Origin: Octopus sinensis | Taxonomy: Eukaryota | Assembly (NCBI RefSeq): GCF_006345805.1 | Contig: NC_043004.1 | Location: 62,000,001 to 62,064,000, forward strand | Direction of reading: 5' to 3' | DNA length: 64,000 nt | Notes under the pieces: model-generated | The model's input: the letters and a program-made list of their open reading frames with translations, nothing else | Database searches by the model: none | What the model was told of the DNA's origin: nothing | Shown: positions 1-13,690 of the stretch, in pieces | Layout of the letters: every line of letters begins with the position of its first letter | Position numbering within the stretch: position 1 is the stretch's first letter | Translations under genes and position numbers: made by a program

Positions 1-170
1 ACCAAAATACGTGATGTCCGACTCAACGAATTGAGAGTCTTCATCACAATACAGAGATAACCCTTAACATTAATTGATGAGGGAATTAAAAAGGTGATGA
101 AACTGAACATCAAGGAGCAGAAGTAATGAACACACGATTCCGTTAGTTAACACACACAGCTCTTTGGATA
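1..170 (+). mobile_element. Penelope-like element RT thumb fragment (window edge)
   Basis: Frame 1 reads TKIRDVRLNELRVFITIQR*PLTLIDEGIKKVMKLNIKE, matching RNFRLQELKNTLIDRHYPAQLIEDGIRRATEINIE in the PLE at ~3750-3860 (-). Confidence 0.6.
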
Positions 171-800
171 ACCAACGTCTTTCACACCATAAAATCGAAC
201 TTAGACTACAAAGCCCCAAAATGAAAAACACATACACACACACACAAACACACTCACACACACATGCGCAAAAATATATATTTATTTTATCATAAATTCT
301 CTTATCTTCCTTCCGGCACCTTAAGAAAAACTAAAACATGTTTTAGTGATAACTGCACTTCATCCTTTTATCATTATTTTCCCCATCCTAAAATCGACAT
401 CTTGGAGAGGTCACCATCGATAAACCCATGTCAATAGGTGTACAATGGTAAGAAACTGAAATAAATAAACGAATAAATGGTAAATACATTCATAAATTGA
501 AAAGTAATCCCTCCCTCTACCGATATATTTGTTTGTTTATATATCTGTATATCTATCTTTTTATCTATCTGTCTTCCTATCTATATACCTATCTCCATTG
601 TCCTGGAGCCACACCCATCAAATCAACCAAAAAGAATGTTCTCTTTTTCTGAAAAAAGCAAAAATATAACACTTGATTTATATAAATGAACAACCTGTTC
701 GTTAATAATAATGAATAAAGAAAAAACAATTTCCAGAATTCTGGTGTCCTCCCTGTTTCCACAATATATATTTTTTCTCTCATTGTTTCTTTCTGTGTTC

Positions 801-837
801 CTCTCTACGGAAGAGCGTAGGCTCGAAACGTTAAAAG
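801..837 (+). ncRNA. Degenerate minimal hammerhead-like motif in a PLE-type 3' end
   Basis: CTCT-CTACGGA-A-GAG cgtagg CTC-GAAA-CGTT-A-AAAG. Stem II, GAAA and palindromic AACGTT are present, but the CUGANGA box is damaged. (TA)n follows ~90 bp later. Confidence 0.4.
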
Positions 838-921
838 CATTTTCACTTCCCAAGCATTATACTAATACATTTGTCTGTTGTCTACACCACTTGTTCACGT
901 CTTTTGCTTTTTGTGAATTAT

Positions 922-924
<3 letters not shown>

Positions 925-1011
<87 letters not shown>
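925..1011. repeat. (TA)n microsatellite
   Basis: Pure TA tract. Similar tracts at ~7165-7280, 8237-8425, 12090-12229, 17080-17177, 19523-19605, 28310-28387, 37824-37872, 41860-41985, 42570-42715, 49406-49481. Confidence 0.98.
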
Positions 1012-1018
<7 letters not shown>

Positions 1019-1086
1019 CATACATACACGCATACATGGATGTCATTGCGTATCTATGATGCGTTGATGTACATCACATGGATCGA

Positions 1087-2306
1087 CATTTGAATTCAAG
1101 AATTTATATATGATATCAACATGTTCGCTAAATTTAAAATAAATGTCCTCCGATTATTAACTGTCTTCTCCATTTATCCGTTATTTATCGCATTTAATGT
1201 TTCTCTTACACTGATACATATATAAATGCATAATTTAGTTAGGATGAAGGCTTATTATGAAACTACGCACATAGACAGACGGATAGTTTCACATTAAAAT
1301 TTAAGTTTAAATTTTATTCCCTGCAGACAATTTCTCTTCTATATCCAACATATGTATTCCAATATAATATTGGATGTATAAAAGTCTGTAGCATTATTAC
1401 ACTAAACGTTAGCATCCGACTGAATAGCGTTTAAATGCATAGAAAATTATTTATTCCAAATGTAATTTTTTTCACATACACCACACACATTCATATGACT
1501 GCAGTTCAAACGAATATACATGCAGGTATTTTTCTTTTAACTTTTCTCAATGAAAATCGTATGACTTTAGTACACAACGTTTTAGCACAAAAAGTGATTT
1601 TCTAGAATTTTTAGCACAAAAAGTTACAGCAAAATTCATCGCATATAATTCTGAATTATTATGGAAAAACAGTTAATATCACTATTTAAAATATGACGAC
1701 CAGCATGCATGTGACTTTGGTATAATTACCATGTATACAAGCAAATGCCGAAGATTAAAAATGCTATAGATATTATAACAAAATACCTTCCGTTTATTTA
1801 CAAGTATATGATCTTAATTTTTAAGATAAAAATTAATAAAATAATTTTAAAGCAATAGATATGTCTATAGCCTTTAAGAAGAAGATGCAACAGTTTTAAG
1901 CACCATTTCCAATATCACGTATCGAATTTCATGGTGTAGGCATAATCATATAGGTGTGTGTATGTGTGCGTCGTTTGTATATACATTTGAATTCAAGTAT
2001 TTATACATGAAATCTATATGTTCACTATCTTTAAAATACCTGCGCTCCAATTATTAGCTATCTTCTCCTCTTATCCGTTATTTAACGTATTTAATTTTTC
2101 TGTTACATGGATACATATATAAATGCATAATTTAGTAGATATGAAAGCTTATAATGAAAACGCTGGCAGACTTACACATTAAAAGCAATCTTTAAATTTT
2201 ATTGCCTCAAGACAATTTTTGCAACTATAATTAAGATATATATTCCATTATAATTCTTCATATATAAATGTATATAGTGGTATTATATTTAATATTAGCA
2301 TCCAAC
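1087..2306 (+). repeat. Diverged ~330-bp direct repeat pair (1087-1420 and 1983-2306)
   Basis: Collinear shared blocks: CATTTGAATTCAAG, TTATCCGTTATTTA, GATACATATATAAATGCATAATTTAGT, TTTAAATTTTATT, TTAGCATCC. Confidence 0.8.
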
Positions 2307-2716
2307 AGCAAAACATTTTACATCATAGATTTTGTTCAGACACACCACATACGTTCAGATATGTTTTTTTTATTTCGACATACATACATGCAGCTATACA
2401 GTAGACACACGCCCACACACATACACGCGCACTGTCTTCAACCTGGCCGCGCACCGTAGATCCACCGCTGCTACATTTCACCTTCAATATTGCTACACCT
2501 CCCTCCGATCCCATGTACCGTTTGTATGGGATATTCCTTTCCTTCCCGTACCATCTTCCACACACTTCCAACACCCATAGCTAAACAGATACAGAGGAAC
2601 ACACGCAGGCTCACACACATACACATATACATAGATATATACATACTCCCCAACACGCATACGCTAACATACAAACTCAGACACACAGACACTCGCCACA
2701 CACAAACACACACACA

Positions 2717-2747
<31 letters not shown>

Positions 2748-2772
2748 CACACACACACATATATATATATAG

Positions 2773-4288
2773 ATAAGAAAGTTTGTTTGGTAAAGCACGT
2801 GGGTGAATATATAAGAAAATAGTAAAGAGTGAAAAAACGACAGAAGGCTTAAATGTTAAAAAATATATATATTTGTGTCAAAATGTCTGGAGAATATTGG
2901 AAAATTTTTTTTCCTTTCCTTAAAATGACATAATTTCATAATTTTTAAAGAAATACCGGTTTCGCGTGTAGCTTTTCAAATTTCTGGTGACGTTATGTTT
3001 ATATTGCATGGAGTTATCGTTGTGTTTATTTTCAGGAGATTTCTAAATAAGGGGAGGTAGTGAGTGATTTCTTCCGGTGTAAGGGAGATAATCGCTTAAA
3101 AATTTTTTTCCTTTCCCTTGTTAATTTCTCTGTGTCAGTATGTTCGGATGGTTGAGTCTGGGTTTGTACTTTACAATGAAGAATGTTTCCTTGTTCAGTC
3201 TCATTTGTGTTGATGATCCGAAAGCACATTGGTAAAATGGGAAGATTAAAAATGGTGGCAGTAGTTGCTTTGCGCATTTCTCAATGTGTTCACTAAAAGG
3301 TATCATTCTATATTCTGGGAATGCAATCTGTTGTCGATGCAGTGTGCATCTACGCCTGAGTGATAGTCCCGTGGAACCCACGTAGTCTTGGTGGCAGCCC
3401 GAGCATTTGATCTTGAATTTCTGTCCCTCTTTAAAGAAGAATTCTGATCCTTCCAATAGGTTAGGACATGTTGCACAGTTCGATCTACCACATTTTTTTA
3501 CTTTTGCATCCGTAATTTCAGAAGACAATTTTGCCTTTGTGAGAATCTTTTTAAGTGATTTAGGCTGTTTGTAGCTTTTAATGATTTGGTGTATGTTTAG
3601 AATTTCCTGTAATTTTGGGTTTTTATGAAGTCTTGGTAAATTCTGGGTGATGATGGTGAAGGCTTCTTTGTTTCTGGGGTTGTATGTAGATATCTAAGGT
3701 AGTATTTTCGGGGAAGGTGTGTTGTTGTGTTGAACTTTTCTTAAAGTTTCTATGTTGATTTCTGTTGCACGTCTGATCCCATCCTCTATGAGTTGAGCTG
3801 GGTAATGTCTGTCAATTAGGGTGTTTTTGAGTTCTTGCAGTCTAAAGTTCCTGGTATTTTGTTCTGACAATATTGTGCATATCCTTCTTGCAAGGTTGAA
3901 GGGGATGTTTGTTTTAGTGTGTCTTGGGTGGCATGAATTAAAAAGAAGGTATTGTTTGGCGTCTGTGGCTTTGTAAAAAATGTCTGTTTCTATTTTAAGG
4001 TTAATTTTTTAAATTAGTATATCCAAGAATGGGAGCTCCTTTTGATTGTATTCCATTGTGAACTGTATATTTGGGTTTATGCTGTTCAATAGGTTTTTAA
4101 ATTTTAGGAGTTTATCTATGTTTTCATTCCAGAGAATGAAACAATCGTCTAGGAATCGTTTCCAATTCTCTTTTATGTATTGAGAGAGGGAGTTTCCAAA
4201 GATTGATAGAGATTCTTGGTCAATGATTATTTCCATGTATCCCATTGTTAAGTTCGCAATGACTGGTGCTGCCCTTGTACCCATAGCA
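2773..4288 (-). mobile_element. 5'-truncated Penelope-like retroelement (RT C-half + GIY-YIG + 3' end with HHR)
   Basis: ORF 4009-4326 has AMGTRAAP and WKRFLDDCF RT motifs, then IQFTME..LPFLDI. ORF 3121-3528 has the Cys linker CGRSNCATC, YVGST..LRRR..LH and ETFFIVKYKPRLN of GIY-YIG. Flanked by (CA)/(TA) microsatellites on both sides. Confidence 0.92.
2949..2985 (-). ncRNA. Minimal type-I hammerhead variant (U3-A8 core)
   Basis: RC: AGAAAT-TTGAAAA-GC tacac GC-GAA-ACCGGT-ATTTCT. Stem I is 6 bp and stem III is palindromic ACCGGT. The cleavage-site nucleotide H17 appears missing or slipped in this copy. Confidence 0.6.
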
Positions 4289-4789
4289 ATATATATATAT
4301 ATATATATACAGCCGTGCACATGCACACACGTTCATATGTACACACACAAACAAATCCTTACATACAGAGAAACAACAACGTTCTCATGCCCATGTGATC
4401 TCACCTCATCACAAAAAGTAACTACTGCTACTAATCTCTCTGGATCACTCCCTCACACATACATTTCTCATACAAATATGAACGCACATGCGCACACTGG
4501 TCATTTTCACATTCTTCAAGACACCCTATATATTTCTCCACTCCGATCACTTCATTCATGTCGGCATAATACTTTCACCCTCTACAGCTTTCTTGGTTTT
4601 GTTTTTATTCTTGATTTTACTATATACGTATGTATCAGGTCTGACTAATATGTTTGCAGAGAGTTGCCATAGAAACGAATCTGAGGCACGTGGAATGAAG
4701 CTGACCTTGAAATCTGCTGTCGATATGCTCTAAGTTTTCACATTCTACTTCACTTCCGCTGTTTACAGGAGGGCTTCGAATGAAGGTCT

Positions 4790-5255
4790 GCAACGTGTGA
4801 TCGTCGCATTGCCCATGGCAGAGAAAGTTTTCATGCCAACGCAAACTTGCAGAAAGAAATACAAGTATATGAGAGAAGAGTTTGTGGAGAAGTGTGTATG
4901 AGCCGCACATAAGTGCACGAGTGTTTTCGACGTTTCCAAGATGGCCGAAAATTAGTCAATATTTACGAACGTTCTGGGAGACCGCAACCAGCAGAACAGA
5001 AAAAAAAACATTATAGTTGTGCGTGCAGTTTTGAGGGAAAATCGTCGAATCACCGTTCGTAACAATTCAAAAGGATAAGAAGATTAGACACGGTTCAGGT
5101 CAATCTATTGTCGCTGAAGATTTGCGTATGAGACGCGTGTCATCCAAATTTGCGCCAAAACTACTTTCAGCTGAGCAAAAAGACACCCGGGTTTCAGTTG
5201 CACAAGGACATCCTTGATTGTGTCGAGAACGATGAAAACGTTTTGAAAAGTTTTG
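4790..5255 (+). mobile_element. Mariner transposase N-terminal (HTH) relic
   Basis: Frameshifted translation: MSRT*VHECFRRFQDGRK..ERSGRP.TSRTEK..VLRENRRITV..EDLRMRRVSSKFAPKLLSAEQKDTRVSVA. Related copy at 19110-19475. Confidence 0.8.
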
Positions 5256-5359
5256 CGTGGGTCTCAGAGCAGGTATCGCCAAGACTTTCAGGAAGCTTCA
5301 TGCTGTTTCTCTTTATGTAGAGTGATTCTAAGGGGTCTCTCCGCTGTATAGGAGTAAAT

Positions 5360-6567
5360 CTGAGAATAGCACATAAAGGATCAGTAATAAGATAAAGTAG
5401 GCCAACATTTGGTATGACAACAAAAAATACCAGATGTCATATTCGTCGATAAATTCCTGACGGCGATCTAGCATACATTATTAGAAAAAAAAACATTAAG
5501 TAAGGCTAGTCTACGAATTAAAGTACTAGAAAGGCACCGTGCCCCATTAAAAGAGATTAAAGAAGGGAAAAGCTCGTCCGTGCTCTACCAACATGCTAAG
5601 GCAGAACATGAAGACTCGATTAATAGCATAGAGGTTAAGGTATTATCAACACATAGAGCTGACATGACACTTAGATTCCAGAAGCTATACACATAGCAGT
5701 AGACACACCGAGCCTTAATAGAATACACGAATGGAACAGAAACACCCACCATCACACCACATGACTAAAGACAGAAAAGATGAGAAGAGTAAGGAAAAGA
5801 ACTCAGAAAAAGAATCGTAAATAATACACAGAAGCATACGACGTAATGCACCCACAATAGACACATATGCATTTATCTGGGATACTTTTTAGAAATTATG
5901 ATAGATGTATAAAAATTATATGAATAACTATATAAGTAGATAAATAAAAAAAACATATAAATATATTTGTCACATACCTGGGATAAGTATAATATATAGA
6001 TATAGTTAAAATAAATAAATGAATCTATATAAAATGCATGGATGCATAAAACATACGAAGCAAACTCATACATACATACAAATACACACACAAGAAATTT
6101 CATGGACGGCCACAAAAATGTCAACAACATGATTAGCAACGACAGCAGCGGCGGCGGTGAAAACGATGGCAATAACAACAAATACAACGATGGCAATACC
6201 CTGGGCGAACACACATACAGAGAAAAATAGGGGAGCTGTACCATACTTTCGGCTATTAGAAAACCAGCAGCACAACCGGCTGACGGGAAGGCCACACTGC
6301 TGCTAAAAACTATGACACACAAGCATAGACGCATACACACACACACACACACACACAGACACACACACCTACACATACACACACGCAATGATACACACCT
6401 TAGACGAAAAGTGCCACTGAAGAGGTCACGGATGTGTGATGAAAGATTTCCGGAAAATGGATATGAATAAAAATAATGAAATAAAAACAGTAATGAACAA
6501 GTGAAGGAAAATATATGGAGCCTATGATTAGTTTCCAAAATAAATAACCAAATAACTGTCCCGAAAT

Positions 6568-6577
<10 letters not shown>
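5360..6577 (+). mobile_element. PLE 3' portion (GIY-YIG C-terminus + 3' end with HHR), same family as 17820-18577
   Basis: 5545-5740 reads IKEGKSSSVLYQHAKAEHEDSINSIEVKVLSTHRADMTLR..EAIHIAVDTPSLNRIHEW. It ends CCGAAATACAACAATAT, like 18562-18577, and abuts (TA)n. Confidence 0.75.
6414..6453 (+). ncRNA. Type-I hammerhead motif, canonical core
   Basis: CCA-CTGAAGA-G-GTCAC ggatgt GTGAT-GAAA-GATTT-C-CGG. CUGANGA, a 5-bp stem II, GAAA and a UUC site are present; stem I is weak. Confidence 0.6.
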
Positions 6578-6609
<32 letters not shown>

Positions 6610-6974
6610 CAATGGATGAGTATGTGTAATATATATAAATGTGTAGTTTTCAACCTATCTTCTCCAAACTATACTAACATATTCCTTATATGCCAAGGAT
6701 GGCCATGTACTATAAGTTTTTGCTCACAGCTCCCGCGTAAAGCAATAAATCTGTGAAATGTTTTTTTCTAATTTTTCTCTCTGAAATCTGCAGTTTCAAC
6801 CGATCCTTTCCCTTTTCTAATTCTCTATATGTCCTGCCTACATATATTCGCTCTCTTGATTCTTTTTGTCTTTTTTCTGACTAAAGGCCACACTCAAAAT
6901 GACAGAAACAACTAAAAGAATAATAAAAAAAATCTATGCCGTTTTAATACCAAGCAACGCCGGGTATCTCTGCT

Positions 6975-7008
<34 letters not shown>

Positions 7009-7199
7009 GTGAATCAAAACGAAGAACAAACAAGAAAAGACAATAACGCGAGAACGTGGTACAAGTACTGCATTATCAGAAATAGAGCAAAGTCCAAAGG
7101 GAGGGAAGAGGGAGGAAGAAAATCTCCAACGATACTCGCGTGGTTGCATTTTTACATGTGTGTACATATATATATATATATATATATAATATATATATA

Positions 7200-7276
<77 letters not shown>

Positions 7277-7284
7277 TATAAAAT

Positions 7285-8231
7285 ATATTGTTTACAATGG
7301 TATCAAGCGGTATGGCATGCGTTAATTACCATGGAGGTAATGCCAGAGGGTAATAAATTATAAATGAATAATTAACGTGCTATAAGTGGCAACAGCACGC
7401 TAAATATAGCAGTCAGAACATGACTACAAACTCAAATTTTCACTGATACCCGTTAATTGAAATCGGGGGAATACACAGGTATTCTTATCTCCCTTACCTG
7501 TAACGAAAAGAATCTTAAATTGAAAATCTAGTCATCCCCATATTGTCACGATTTCAACCTTCGTTAAAATGTTACTACTTTCCTGAGCGAGTCTTACTAA
7601 CCCAAGGGTCATAGAAACTGTCAATCTCAACAATGTTCGCGATGACCGTTTTTAATGTTGCCGCAAATTTAAAATTTAAAAAGTGATTGAAATCGTAGCC
7701 ATATGGTTATGCCTGGCTTTTCAACTTACGATTCTTCCCGTCCGAGGTACGGGCACTCAAAACATCAACTCATTCCCCGTTATCAATTAATGCGTATCAG
7801 TGAAAATTTTTAGTTTAGTGGTCTTCTGACTGCTATTGTTAACGTGTTGGTGCCACATGTAGTACCCTTAATTATTAACTAATAATTTTTTCTTATGGTC
7901 TTACCACCAGATATTATTGTAAACAATCATATCCTTATCAATATTTTTTAGAATTTTTTATTCACTTGCATTACCTTTTTAAATTTGCTGTGGCATTAAA
8001 AACGGACAACGTGCACATTATTGAGACGGTTAGTTTCTATAATACTTAGGTCAGCAAGACACGCTGAGGATAACTAAGTGACAATTCAATTTAGGATTAT
8101 TTTCGTTATTGGTACATGGACTTAGAATTTATGGTCATTCAATTAATGTGTATCAGTGAAAAATTGCGTTTTTAGTCGTCTTCTGGCGCTATTTTTAGAG
8201 TCATTGGGGCCACTTGAAACACGCTTAATTA

Positions 8232-8235
<4 letters not shown>
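7285..8235. repeat. Three diverged copies of a ~100-170-bp repeat end (7285-7470 +, 7775-7930 -, 8138-8235 -)
   Basis: Shared motif AATAATTAA..GTGGC..ATAGCAGTCAGAA.A.CACTA..AATTTTCACTGATAC.C.TTAATTGA in all three. The first two form an inverted pair. Confidence 0.7.
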
Positions 8236-8280
<45 letters not shown>

Positions 8281-8300
8281 TATATATATATATATACATC

Positions 8301-8365
<65 letters not shown>

Positions 8366-8369
8366 CATC

Positions 8370-8407
<38 letters not shown>

Positions 8408-8444
8408 TGTACATGCATATATATAATTATATAATTATAATTAC

Positions 8445-9139
8445 TATTATTTTTATTATTATTATTACTTTTTTTTCCTCTTTCAAATTTGCTTCCATTT
8501 CTTGCCGAGTGTCTTCCCGACTCTTAGGGCAAAGAAACTCATAGTATACATTGGTAGGCCATTAAACTAAACTCAATAGTTCGTTCATTTTTTAAATTTT
8601 TCTTTTTTTATTAAATTAAAATACATGGGTAGTAATATTTCTCACATCGACAATGCTCTTCTCAATACGTGTGATGTACCAGTTAAGACAATCTTTTGCA
8701 CTTCTTGCAGGGATGGTAAGCCAGGGATCATTCTCATATAATTTTCGGTTCCCTTCTTGATCATTCCTAGTGCTCCTATGATCACTGGTATTGTAACCGC
8801 CTTGAGATGCCACATTTTCTCAATTTCAATGAGTAGGTCTTTATATTTTCTGAGCTTGTCAAACTCTTTCGCTGAGATATTATGATCACAGGGGATGCTC
8901 ATGTCGATCAATAAGCAAACTTTATTGTTTTGGTCTTTCACAACAATATCTGGTTTATTGGCCTTGATGGTTCGGTCTGTATGTACTGGAAAGTCCCACA
9001 TAATGGTTACATTTTCTCCTTCAGTTACAGCCTCAGGGTGGTGATTATACCACTTGTTGGCAGTTTTGATATTGTAATGCCGACTTATTAGCCAGTGTAG
9101 ATATTGGCCAACTCTGTCATGTCTTAATTTATACTCCAC
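8445..9139 (-). mobile_element. R4/Dong-clade non-LTR retrotransposon 3' fragment (restriction-like endonuclease)
   Basis: Open ORF 8642-9139 with RHD, WDF...TD, KPDIVV..LIDMSIP.D, KLRKYKDL and PVIIGALG. The 3' UTR has a stem-loop and A-run, then (TAA)n; (TAA)n also flanks the 5' side (9140-9185). Confidence 0.9.
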
Positions 9140-10074
9140 TTATTGTTATTAGCGTTATTATTATTATGATTATTATTATTATTAGATAATAAAACGAATG
9201 GCTTATACCTCATAGCTTACTAGTAAAGCACGATCATTTTCATAGTGTTCATTATGTATTGGGCTCATGGGAGATACGAAATTCTTTCATCATTACAATT
9301 CTTTCGACACATCTAGCATCGATCATTCACGGGATGCCTAACAACGGGTTTAGGAGTATTCGACGGTGCAGGGGTGTATCCCATCGTTTGATAAATAGAT
9401 ATAACTCGTTAAAATAACCACTCTGCAATGAATATATATATACGTGTATAGGCATGAGTTTATTTTATGCACAACTGTACTTTTAAAAGAATAATTGTAC
9501 ACGTGAACACAAAACATTGGAATGCGGCATGTTTAATTTCTATATAGTATGCCAAGTTGCACAACAGTTACACAGAAAAAGCTAACCAGATCATAAACTG
9601 AGAATATTTACGAAAATATTATATCACCGAGCGTTGCAATCGCCATAGCAAATATTGATAAACGATTCTATATTTAAACGGCAGTTTCTCTAAACGATAA
9701 CAGATGTGCAATTTCTTTTTTCTCACATTTATGGAGGATTGACTCAAGCACCCATTAACTATGCTACTTACAGGAATGCAACTCTCCACATATCGGATTC
9801 CATTAATCTTCGATGTCTTCTGTGTAGATGGTATTTCTTCAAAAAATAGCTTAACATACTTCATAGTATAGCCTATTAATTGACGATACGTAAATATAGA
9901 GAAATTTTGAAATTTCTCATGAAAAGATTGTATACACGTACAAGTATGCACATAAATATATGCACACTCACACACATATAGACACACACACACACACGCA
10001 TATATGTATATATATATATATATATAAATATATATATATATAAATGTATATATATATATATACAAGCAACACGC

Positions 10075-10174
10075 CCCCCAAGTTCAATGGACGTGCTGAG
10101 TTGTCAACCATTTAAACCAAATTTTCTCAAAACAACTTGTCCGACCGTCCCATACCCCACCTTGAGAAACACTG
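10075..10174. mobile_element. hAT/Charlie-like MITE terminus
   Basis: Ends CCCCACCTTGAGAAACACTG (RC CAGTGTTTCTCAA). A similar end, GGGGTCC...TTGAGGATCACTG, lies at ~30400-30471. Confidence 0.4.
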
Positions 10175-10199
10175 ATTTAACCTAAATTTGAGACGCCAG

Positions 10200-10743
10200 C
10201 AAAAGAAGAAATAGGGATATACTTTTTTCTATTCCAAAGGAAAACGATTTTATTCACGCAAATATGCAACCGAAAAGTGTAAAGTTCCAGTAAGTATAAG
10301 GCTGTTGACTGGGAGAACACAAACATGGTTTAAACAGTAAGCTTGGCAGGAAAGAAACGTGCCTTTAAACAGTACAAAAACAACAACAAAACGGGAGGTA
10401 CAGTTATGTACAGGTTGACCGATGAAAAGCAGGACAAAAACGATGCATGCAAATGGGTTAGCTGAAAGTAAATCTAGATGGAAAAGCATGATGATTTTTT
10501 GGCGCAAACAGCACGTGCATTTCTCTCGCGTGCGCGTAGTATCGATCGTAACAGCTGATGTACTTGCGCGTACAAATGCCCGTTCCCACGGCTTTATCGA
10601 TTGCATTCTCACCTAGAATCGATTTTTGTAATTTATCAAGATTTATACACGCCCTGATACACCTGAGTGCAATCAGGTGGAGGATGCTCGAGATCCTAGA
10701 AGACACACACAGAGACAGAGAGAACGGAATTTATATGATAGAT
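10200..10743 (-). mobile_element. Possible non-autonomous Helitron/Helentron-like element
   Basis: RC begins A|TCTATCATATAAA..CTCTCTGTCTCTGTGTGTGTC, resembling Helitron-type 5' ends with an internal GTCT/GT microsatellite. No 3' end identified. Confidence 0.35.
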
Positions 10744-11021
10744 ATAATGTTCAGATTATATCGAACATTTATATATTATAGATGTTTTAGAATGTTCGTA
10801 TACATGCATCGTGTGTTTGAAATATTACCGTACGGTATTATTTCTCTCCAAATGTGGAATTAATTACTTGATTTCAGTTTTAATCTGCATTTTGCAATTT
10901 GAAGACCAATATATGGAGATATATAAATATGAATGTTGAAGTTCATTCTGTGATAACTGATTCCATATCTGAAAATAATAGAAAGTAAAATTAGTGAAAT
11001 TATAATCATATTAATTAATAT

Positions 11022-11256
11022 TTATTTCCTTACTACCCACAGGGGGCTAATCACAGATGAGACAAACAAGGACAGAACAAAGGGATTAAGTCGATTACAT
11101 CGACCCCAGTGCGCAACTGGTACTTAATTTATCGACCCCGAAAGAATGAAAGGCAAAGTCGACCTCAGCGGAATTTGAACTCAGAACATAACGGCAGACG
11201 AAATACGGCCACGCATTTCGCCCGGCGTGCTAACGTTTCTGCCAGCTCGCCGCCTT
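11022..11256 (-). mobile_element. tRNA-derived SINE, family A
   Basis: RC starts AAGGCGGCGAGCTGGCAGAAACGTTAGC (A box) and has GAGTTCAAATTCC (B box) and core GGGGTCGATAAATTAAGTACCAGT. Flanking repeat AATTAATATTTATT (TSD). Confidence 0.9.
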
Positions 11257-12088
11257 TTCAATTAATATTTATTATCATTGTAAGGCGTTTGTTACGTTAA
11301 ATTGATTACGGGATATATATGATGCATTTTCAGGTCAGCATAACTGTGACCGATATCACTGATTCTGCTTGAGAAGCATTCATATTCCGCTAAAGCAATC
11401 TAATAAAATATCTTTAATAATAGCAACAATTTTTTTTTATTAGAGCATGCCCATAAATTAATCGGGGAAGGGTAAAGTAATTTGACATGAAACCAATATT
11501 TGTCTATGAGTGAGGCGATTTAATGGAACAGAAAATATTTAGGTAAATTTTAACTTTAAATTTAAAACTTAAAAGCAGCAATTTATCTTGAATTGTCTCA
11601 TCAATGCCATTTTAGTTTCAACTGAAATGAAAACTGTTTGATGACTTACTGCAAGGAGACAGTAAAGCGTAGGATCATACAAATGTCAGGCGTACAATGA
11701 AAGAAATCACAATAGAGAAAAAAGCGAAAGTGATCATAGATATAACAATTTAGCAGTTTATGCTATTAGATTTGCATGTGACTCAGAATTAGATGTGCAT
11801 TCTGCAGATAACTAATTTAATTCTCGTACATTTCCTTATGTATTATTCAAGTGTATGCAACAGGAGTATATGAAGGGAATTGTTCAAAGGTAAAACGACA
11901 ATTATTCATTGAATCTCGTTTAAATTTTAAAGAAAGACGATAGTAAACATAACATTTTAGTAACCAAAATGTCCTATTTCCTTAGAAAGACACTAAGACT
12001 CACAAACATGTAGATGTGTGTGTATATATACACATACACACAAACTCACACACACACATTTATATATATGTATATATATGTATGTTTA

Positions 12089-12230
<142 letters not shown>

Positions 12231-12234
12231 AGAC

Positions 12235-12541
12235 AAAGTAGGAATGCTAAAGTAATTTTATCATGGAAAACGTTTTAGTACCGGTTTCAGACCTTTTCTT
12301 CTTGGAGTAAAGCATGAAAAACAATTATATTGTGGAATAATTGAATGAAATGTTTTTTAAAAACATATTTGCATAGTTTTCAAATGCAAGGGACATTTTC
12401 CTCTTTTCTGTCTGTTTCTCTCTTTTTTATTCTTGTGAAGGCGTGGTAGCAGGTAGTAGCAAATCTAAAAGGATATTTGTCATGAACTCTTGGATTTAAA
12501 TGTTTAAGCAGCAGTAGTTGCTAAGGAAGGATGCGACTGAC

Positions 12542-12587
<46 letters not shown>

Positions 12588-13690
12588 AGAAAAGAAGAAG
12601 AAGAAGAAGAAAAGAAGAAGAAGAAGAAGAAGAAGAAAAGAAGAAGAAGAAGAAGAAGAAGAAGAAGAAGAAGAAGAAGAAGAAGAAGAAGGGGTAGGAA
12701 AATAAGAGAAAGAATATTAAAAATACGTGTGTGATATGATAGTTGTAGTATGTTGGTGGAACCCTCTTAATTGATCAAGTGTCCTAAGAGTAACCTTTGA
12801 GGTAGTAATATGAACTAGAATTGTTCTGAATAAATTCATGTGAATTGACTGTTTCGAATATATCGTTTTTAATATTTGCATGGATATTTTTCTAAGGCTT
12901 TTCTAGTAGTGTTATTTGGATTGGATTCATTCAAAAGGGGTTTATATTTTGTGATAAAACATGACTGACTACAGGTTGCATCATCCTGGAAATTATAGAG
13001 GGAGAAAATTCTGAAGGTGTGTTGTTCGTTAGTGGTGCAAATGTTAATGTGTTCGCTGAATGCTAGTTTTCTGTATTACCGCATTTTGATCTGGGATCTA
13101 TGTAAAACCATCCTTTGATGTAGACTGTTTTTGGTTTGGCCATTGTATTGCTCTCGACACCCTGAGCAAGTTAATATGTATATTAGATTTTCCAAAGCAT
13201 ATATGGAGTTGTTTTTCACTGTAAAACATAGACCCTTTTTGACAGAGAATTCCGATCCCTCGATTAGGTTGACGCATGTACCACATTTAGGTTTACCGCA
13301 ATTTTTTACTGACTGCTTCAGTGTTGTTTTCGAGTGTACTTGGGCTTGTCGTAGCAGACTTTTCATAGATTTGTGTTGCCTTTTGCTCTTTATAATGGTG
13401 TGCGTTTGGAGGATTAAGTTCATTCTGTGGTCCCATTGTAGTAGGGAAATTTTCTGAAGGATGATGTCGAAGGCTTCATTATTTAGGTGGTTGTGTGTGG
13501 AGATGTATGGTAGGGCTTTTGGTTGTAAATCCTCCTGTAGTTTGGTATGTCTGATTTCGTGGACGTTGAGTTGCAGGGTACGTTGATAACTTAGATCAAT
13601 TAGTGATATTTCGTAGTTCTTGGTAATGAGAGTTTCCTTCAGTTCATGTGATCGCGTATTCCTGTTGCTTGTATTAGAAACTATAGTTCA
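12235..13690 (-). mobile_element. Penelope-like element 3' half with internal (TTC)n in the 3' UTR
   Basis: ORF 13076-13423: KNCGKPKCGTC..ENLIYILTCSGCREQYNGQTKNSLHQRMVLHRSQI (GIY-YIG), with ALPYISTHN upstream. A GAAACCGGTA HHR remnant lies at 12278-12287. Confidence 0.88.

Noticed and set aside
5873-6574. 233-aa hydrophobic ORF resembling a membrane protein
   Set aside because: Antisense to a PLE 3' UTR with AAC/CA repeats; the hydrophobicity comes from T-richness.
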